Shown: positions 60,809 through 64,000 of the stretch, piece after piece
Position numbering within the stretch: the first letter of the stretch is position 1
Layout: the number at the start of each line of letters is the position of its first letter
Assembly (NCBI GenBank): GCA_964394685.1
Contig: CAYMYO010000002.1
Location: 98,148 to 162,147, forward strand
From: an uncultured Gammaproteobacteria bacterium
GTDB lineage: Bacteria > Patescibacteriota > Microgenomatia > UBA10105 > UBA927
Direction of reading: 5' to 3'
DNA: 64,000 bases
Notes under the pieces: generated by a model
What the model was told of the DNA's origin: nothing
The model's database searches: none
The model's input: only the letters and a program-made list of their open reading frames with translations
Made by a program: the position numbers and the translations under genes

Positions 60809-61371
60809 GAATAATACTACTTGGACCGCCGGCATCAGGGAAAGGAACACAAGGGGAACTACTTGAGAAGAAATATCATGTACCGCGGCTTTCCGTAGGA
60901 GCGCTCATCCGCAGGCATGTCCAGGAACAAACACCTCAAGGGAAACGTATTGAACCCACGATGACAGCAGGGAAAGCAATACCCGCTGACACGTATATTG
61001 ATCTTGTCGGCGAGTGGATGCTGGAGCATAAAGATGGATTTATCATAGATAATCTCATTCGGTCCAGCGAACAACTCCATGCGTTTGACACATTTAGCAA
61101 AAAGAATTCGTTCACCCTTGACTTTGTTTTTATTTTTCGCGTGTTTGAATGTGAAGCGCGAAGACGATTGCATATCAGAAAGACTGTGAAAAATCGATCA
61201 GATGGACATGATGAAGCAATTCATGAACGCTTCGTAACGTTTAATACCTCAATCAGTGAGATAGTTGGGTATTTTTCAAAACAACATGTTCTCTATGAGA
61301 TAGATACGTCCGGTTCTATCGATTCAACTCATCATAATATTATTTCAATTATCTCATCTCACACATCATGA
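60805..61371 (+). CDS. adenylate kinase-like NMP kinase paralog (short form without a LID)
   Basis: ILLGPPASGKGTQ, VGALIRR and FIIDN parallel the adk motifs. Confidence 0.6.
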   Translation: MRIILLGPPASGKGTQGELLEKKYHVPRLSVGALIRRHVQEQTPQGKRIEPTMTAGKAIPADTYIDLVGEWMLEHKDGFIIDNLIRSSEQLHAFDTFSKKNSFTLDFVFIFRVFECEARRRLHIRKTVKNRSDGHDEAIHERFVTFNTSISEIVGYFSKQHVLYEIDTSGSIDSTHHNIISIISSHTS

Positions 61372-62132
61372 ATGTTATTAAATCAAAAGAAGAATTAGTA
61401 TCAATGCGGACAGGGGGAAAGAAATTAGGTCGTATTCTTCGGGAGCTTCTCCTGATGTCAACGGAGGGAACAAATCTATTAGACATAGAAAAACACGCAA
61501 AATATCGGATACAAGAAGAGGATGGACTTCCATCTTTTACGACCGTTGAAGGATATCCGTTTGTGACGTGCTTATGTATTAATGAGGAAGTGGTGCATGG
61601 GATGCCGCGTGATTACGCGCTTCGTGATGGCGATATTCTTACAATCGACATTGGGATGATATATGAAGGGCTTCATACAGATACTGCTTCATCAATTTGT
61701 ATTGGACCGAACATAGATATCAAAAAAGAGCAGTTTTTGAAAACTGGCGAGATTGCCTTAGGAAGGGCAATTATGGTCGCAATTGCTGGAAACAGAGTGG
61801 GAGACATATCAAATGCCATTCAGACCACCATTGAGGCTTCTGGGTACCACGTAGTTGTGGATTTAACCGGTCATGGAGTGGGAAGGATGCTTCACGAAGA
61901 ACCAATGATTCCTGAGTATGCACGGGGAGACATCAATAAAACTCCTCTTTTGGTGAGCGGTATGACACTGGCTATTGAAGTCATTTATGCGATGGGACAA
62001 GGAAATATCTGTTATAAAAGCAATGACGGATGGACACTGGAATCAAAAGATAGATCACTGACTGCCACATTTGAACATACGATCCTTATTGGAGACAAAA
62101 AAAGCGACGTGTTGACCAAAGCTGAAATTTAA
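61368..62132 (+). CDS. map: type I methionine aminopeptidase
   Basis: Metal ligands in DGDILTIDIG...HGVGRMLHEEP...EHTILI. Confidence 0.9.
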   Translation: MNVIKSKEELVSMRTGGKKLGRILRELLLMSTEGTNLLDIEKHAKYRIQEEDGLPSFTTVEGYPFVTCLCINEEVVHGMPRDYALRDGDILTIDIGMIYEGLHTDTASSICIGPNIDIKKEQFLKTGEIALGRAIMVAIAGNRVGDISNAIQTTIEASGYHVVVDLTGHGVGRMLHEEPMIPEYARGDINKTPLLVSGMTLAIEVIYAMGQGNICYKSNDGWTLESKDRSLTATFEHTILIGDKKSDVLTKAEI

Positions 62133-62204
62133 TGTAAAATAAAGCCCTTACCCGCCAAGACTCATGCGTAGGAGGTCAGGCGGGAGTTGTATTATTGCGT
62201 ATTT

Positions 62205-62423
62205 ATGGCCCATCAAGGAAATATTGAGATAGAAGGAACCGTACTTGAGTGTTTACCTAATACGCTATTTCGCGTCAAATTACCAAATAGTGCAATTGTT
62301 CTTTGTCACTTGTCAGGTAAAATGCGATTAAATTATATTCGTATTATGCCGGGAGACAAAGTAAAAATAGAAATGACCCTGTACGATACGACCAAAGGAA
62401 GAATTACGTATCGTGTACGATAA
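62205..62423 (+). CDS. infA: translation initiation factor IF-1
   Basis: The S1-like [17 protein letters not shown]...[19 protein letters not shown]. The ATG at 62205 is preferred over the track's TTG. Confidence 0.85.
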   Translation: MAHQGNIEIEGTVLECLPNTLFRVKLPNSAIVLCHLSGKMRLNYIRIMPGDKVKIEMTLYDTTKGRITYRVR

Positions 62424-62427
62424 CACT

Positions 62428-62541
62428 ATGAAAGTCCGAGCAAGTGTAAAACTATTATGTAATAAATGCAAAATTGTCCGCAGACGCGGGCGTGTATTTG
62501 TGATTTGTGAAAATCCAAAACATAAACAACGACAAGGATAA
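62428..62541 (+). CDS. rpmJ: 50S ribosomal protein L36
   Basis: [37 protein letters not shown], a near-textbook L36. It is absent from the track because it is shorter than 60 aa. Confidence 0.9.
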   Translation: MKVRASVKLLCNKCKIVRRRGRVFVICENPKHKQRQG

Positions 62542-62546
62542 TGAGT

Positions 62547-62966
62547 ATGGCACGTATTGCTGGAGTTGATATACCAAATGAAAAACGGCTTGATATTGCC
62601 CTTACCTATATCTATGGGATTGGACGGGTAAATGTGAAAACTGTATTGAAATCTACAAATATCGATGCATCCAGACGTGTTAAAACCCTCACTGATGAAG
62701 AAATTAGTCATATTGCAAAAGTGATTGAAAAAGGATTTACTGTTGAGGGAGACCTGCGTCAAGAATTATCTGCTAATATTAAACGACTTCGGGAAATTGG
62801 ATCATATCGGGGGAGCAGGCATTCACATAAATTACCATCCCGTGGACAACGAACCCGTTCAAATGCCCGTACAAAGAGGGGGAAGAGATTGACAGTGGGA
62901 GCAATGAAAAAAGATGACCGGATAAAGACAGATACAAAAGCTCCGGAGGCAGAAGCAAAGGCATAA
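62547..62966 (+). CDS. rpsM: 30S ribosomal protein S13
   Basis: MARIAGVDIPNEKRLDIALTYIYGIG. Confidence 0.9.
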   Translation: MARIAGVDIPNEKRLDIALTYIYGIGRVNVKTVLKSTNIDASRRVKTLTDEEISHIAKVIEKGFTVEGDLRQELSANIKRLREIGSYRGSRHSHKLPSRGQRTRSNARTKRGKRLTVGAMKKDDRIKTDTKAPEAEAKA

Positions 62967-62972
62967 CATCAT

Positions 62973-63344
62973 ATGGCAACAAAAACAATAAAAAAAGTAG
63001 TTGAAAAAGGAAAAGTGTATATCACTGCAACATTCAATAACACGATTGTGACGATTACTGATGGCATGGGCAATTCATTATATTGGGGATCATCCGGTAT
63101 GGTTGGATTTAAAGGCGCCAGGAAAGCAACTCCCTATGCAGCAACGACTGCTGTTGAAACAGTTGCCAGAAAAGCTCTTGATAACGGCATGCGGGAAGTT
63201 GAAGTATTTATCAAAGGGCCGGGAGCGGGTCGAGATGCAGCACTTCGAGCACTTCGAGCTGTTGGGCTGAATATTACCTTAATTGCTGATGTGACCCCAA
63301 TTCCTCATAACGGAGTGCGGGCAAAGAAAAAGAGGAGAGTATAA
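62973..63344 (+). CDS. rpsK: 30S ribosomal protein S11
   Basis: [18 protein letters not shown]...[13 protein letters not shown]. Confidence 0.9.
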   Translation: MATKTIKKVVEKGKVYITATFNNTIVTITDGMGNSLYWGSSGMVGFKGARKATPYAATTAVETVARKALDNGMREVEVFIKGPGAGRDAALRALRAVGLNITLIADVTPIPHNGVRAKKKRRV

Positions 63345-63345
63345 T

Positions 63346-63966
63346 ATGGCACGGTATACTGGACCAAAAAATAGATTAGCACGCAGGGAGGGCATGGATT
63401 TAGGCTTAAAAACCATTGGGAGCCATGCACATGCGGAGCTACTCAAACGTTTAGCAATTTTACCCGGTCAACACGGAGTAAAAGGACGACGGAAAACATC
63501 AGGATATGGTATACAACTGCGGGAAAAGCAAAAAGTAAAACGGATATATGGGACATTAGAACGACAATTTAGAAAAATATTTGAACAGGCAAAAAAATGG
63601 AAAGGGAATACGGGAGAAAAACTTGTTGAATTTTTGGAAAGCCGGCTTGATAACACTATCTATCGCATGAATTTGGCGCCAACCAGAACCATGGCACGGC
63701 AACTGGTCAGTCACCGGCACGTATTTGTTAACGGAGCGATTGTGAACATTCCGTCATATCGGATTAAGACGAATGATGTCATTATGATGACTTCTAAAGC
63801 GCTTGAAATACCGGCGGTCAAGAAGTTACTCGAAGAAAAAAGTCCTCAATTACCAGCATGGATTGAGCGGAAAGGTCCTGTAGGAAAAATTGTCCGACTC
63901 CCGGAACGGACTGATGTACAAGAAGATATCAATGAACAATTAATAGTAGAATTTTATTCTCGGTAA
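63346..63966 (+). CDS. rpsD: 30S ribosomal protein S4
   Basis: ARYTGPK...; an S4 domain with a C-terminal LIVEF. Confidence 0.9.
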   Translation: MARYTGPKNRLARREGMDLGLKTIGSHAHAELLKRLAILPGQHGVKGRRKTSGYGIQLREKQKVKRIYGTLERQFRKIFEQAKKWKGNTGEKLVEFLESRLDNTIYRMNLAPTRTMARQLVSHRHVFVNGAIVNIPSYRIKTNDVIMMTSKALEIPAVKKLLEEKSPQLPAWIERKGPVGKIVRLPERTDVQEDINEQLIVEFYSR

Positions 63967-63981
63967 GGAGGAGAAACGTAT

Positions 63982-64000
63982 ATGTCAGAACCAAATTTTT
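63982..64000 (+). CDS. rpoA: probable start of the RNA polymerase alpha subunit (5' fragment only)
   Basis: The Shine-Dalgarno AAGGAGGAG is followed by the ATG at 63982. The call rests only on the conserved position after rpsD. Confidence 0.4.

Noticed and set aside
62140-62204. A CCCGCC...GGCGGG inverted repeat enclosing the infA Shine-Dalgarno.
   Set aside because: It has only a 6-bp stem with a 22-nt loop, a weak structure. I note it but do not call it a feature.

Overview
This is an AT-rich bacterial window whose gene content and compact arrangement look like a small-genome Candidate-Phyla-Radiation/Patescibacteria-type organism; that is an inference from gene content, not from a search. 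The backbone is housekeeping. It starts with typA (partial), a GIY-YIG gene and ftsK, then a minus-strand transporter and hydrolase operon, a short alaS, and a cell-envelope cluster (large membrane protein, sortase, mltG, DUF2207). Next come a glycine-rich RRM RNA-binding protein and rpoB-rpoC-rpsL-rpsG. About 19 kb further on, fusA-tuf-rpsJ and a complete S10/spc/alpha ribosomal-protein run follow, rplC through rpsD, then the start of rpoA. That run lacks rpmD, has a Z-type rpsN, and carries three NMP-kinase genes between secY and map. The 19 kb lying between rpsG and fusA is an accessory block with 25 CDS calls plus a probable pseudogene. It holds a GNAT, a MiaB-family radical-SAM enzyme, an AlkA-like glycosylase, a standalone Cas4-like PD-(D/E)XK nuclease, and a membrane protein co-operonic with a truncated [FeFe]-hydrogenase H-domain-like protein. 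It also holds a DUF2130 protein, a CapA-like protein carrying a small KilA-N remnant with a duplicated capA 3' end, and a LOG/guaA/PRTase operon. A surface-glycan-type cluster (GT2-TPR, two methyltransferases, an SDR epimerase, a GT-B glycosyltransferase) completes it. Recurring sequence oddities include an 18-bp GC-rich perfect palindrome in three copies, 24-bp palindromes in the KilA-N remnant, long inverted repeats in two intergenic regions, and a terminator-like hairpin between rpsJ and rplC. I recognised no rRNA, tRNA or CRISPR array.
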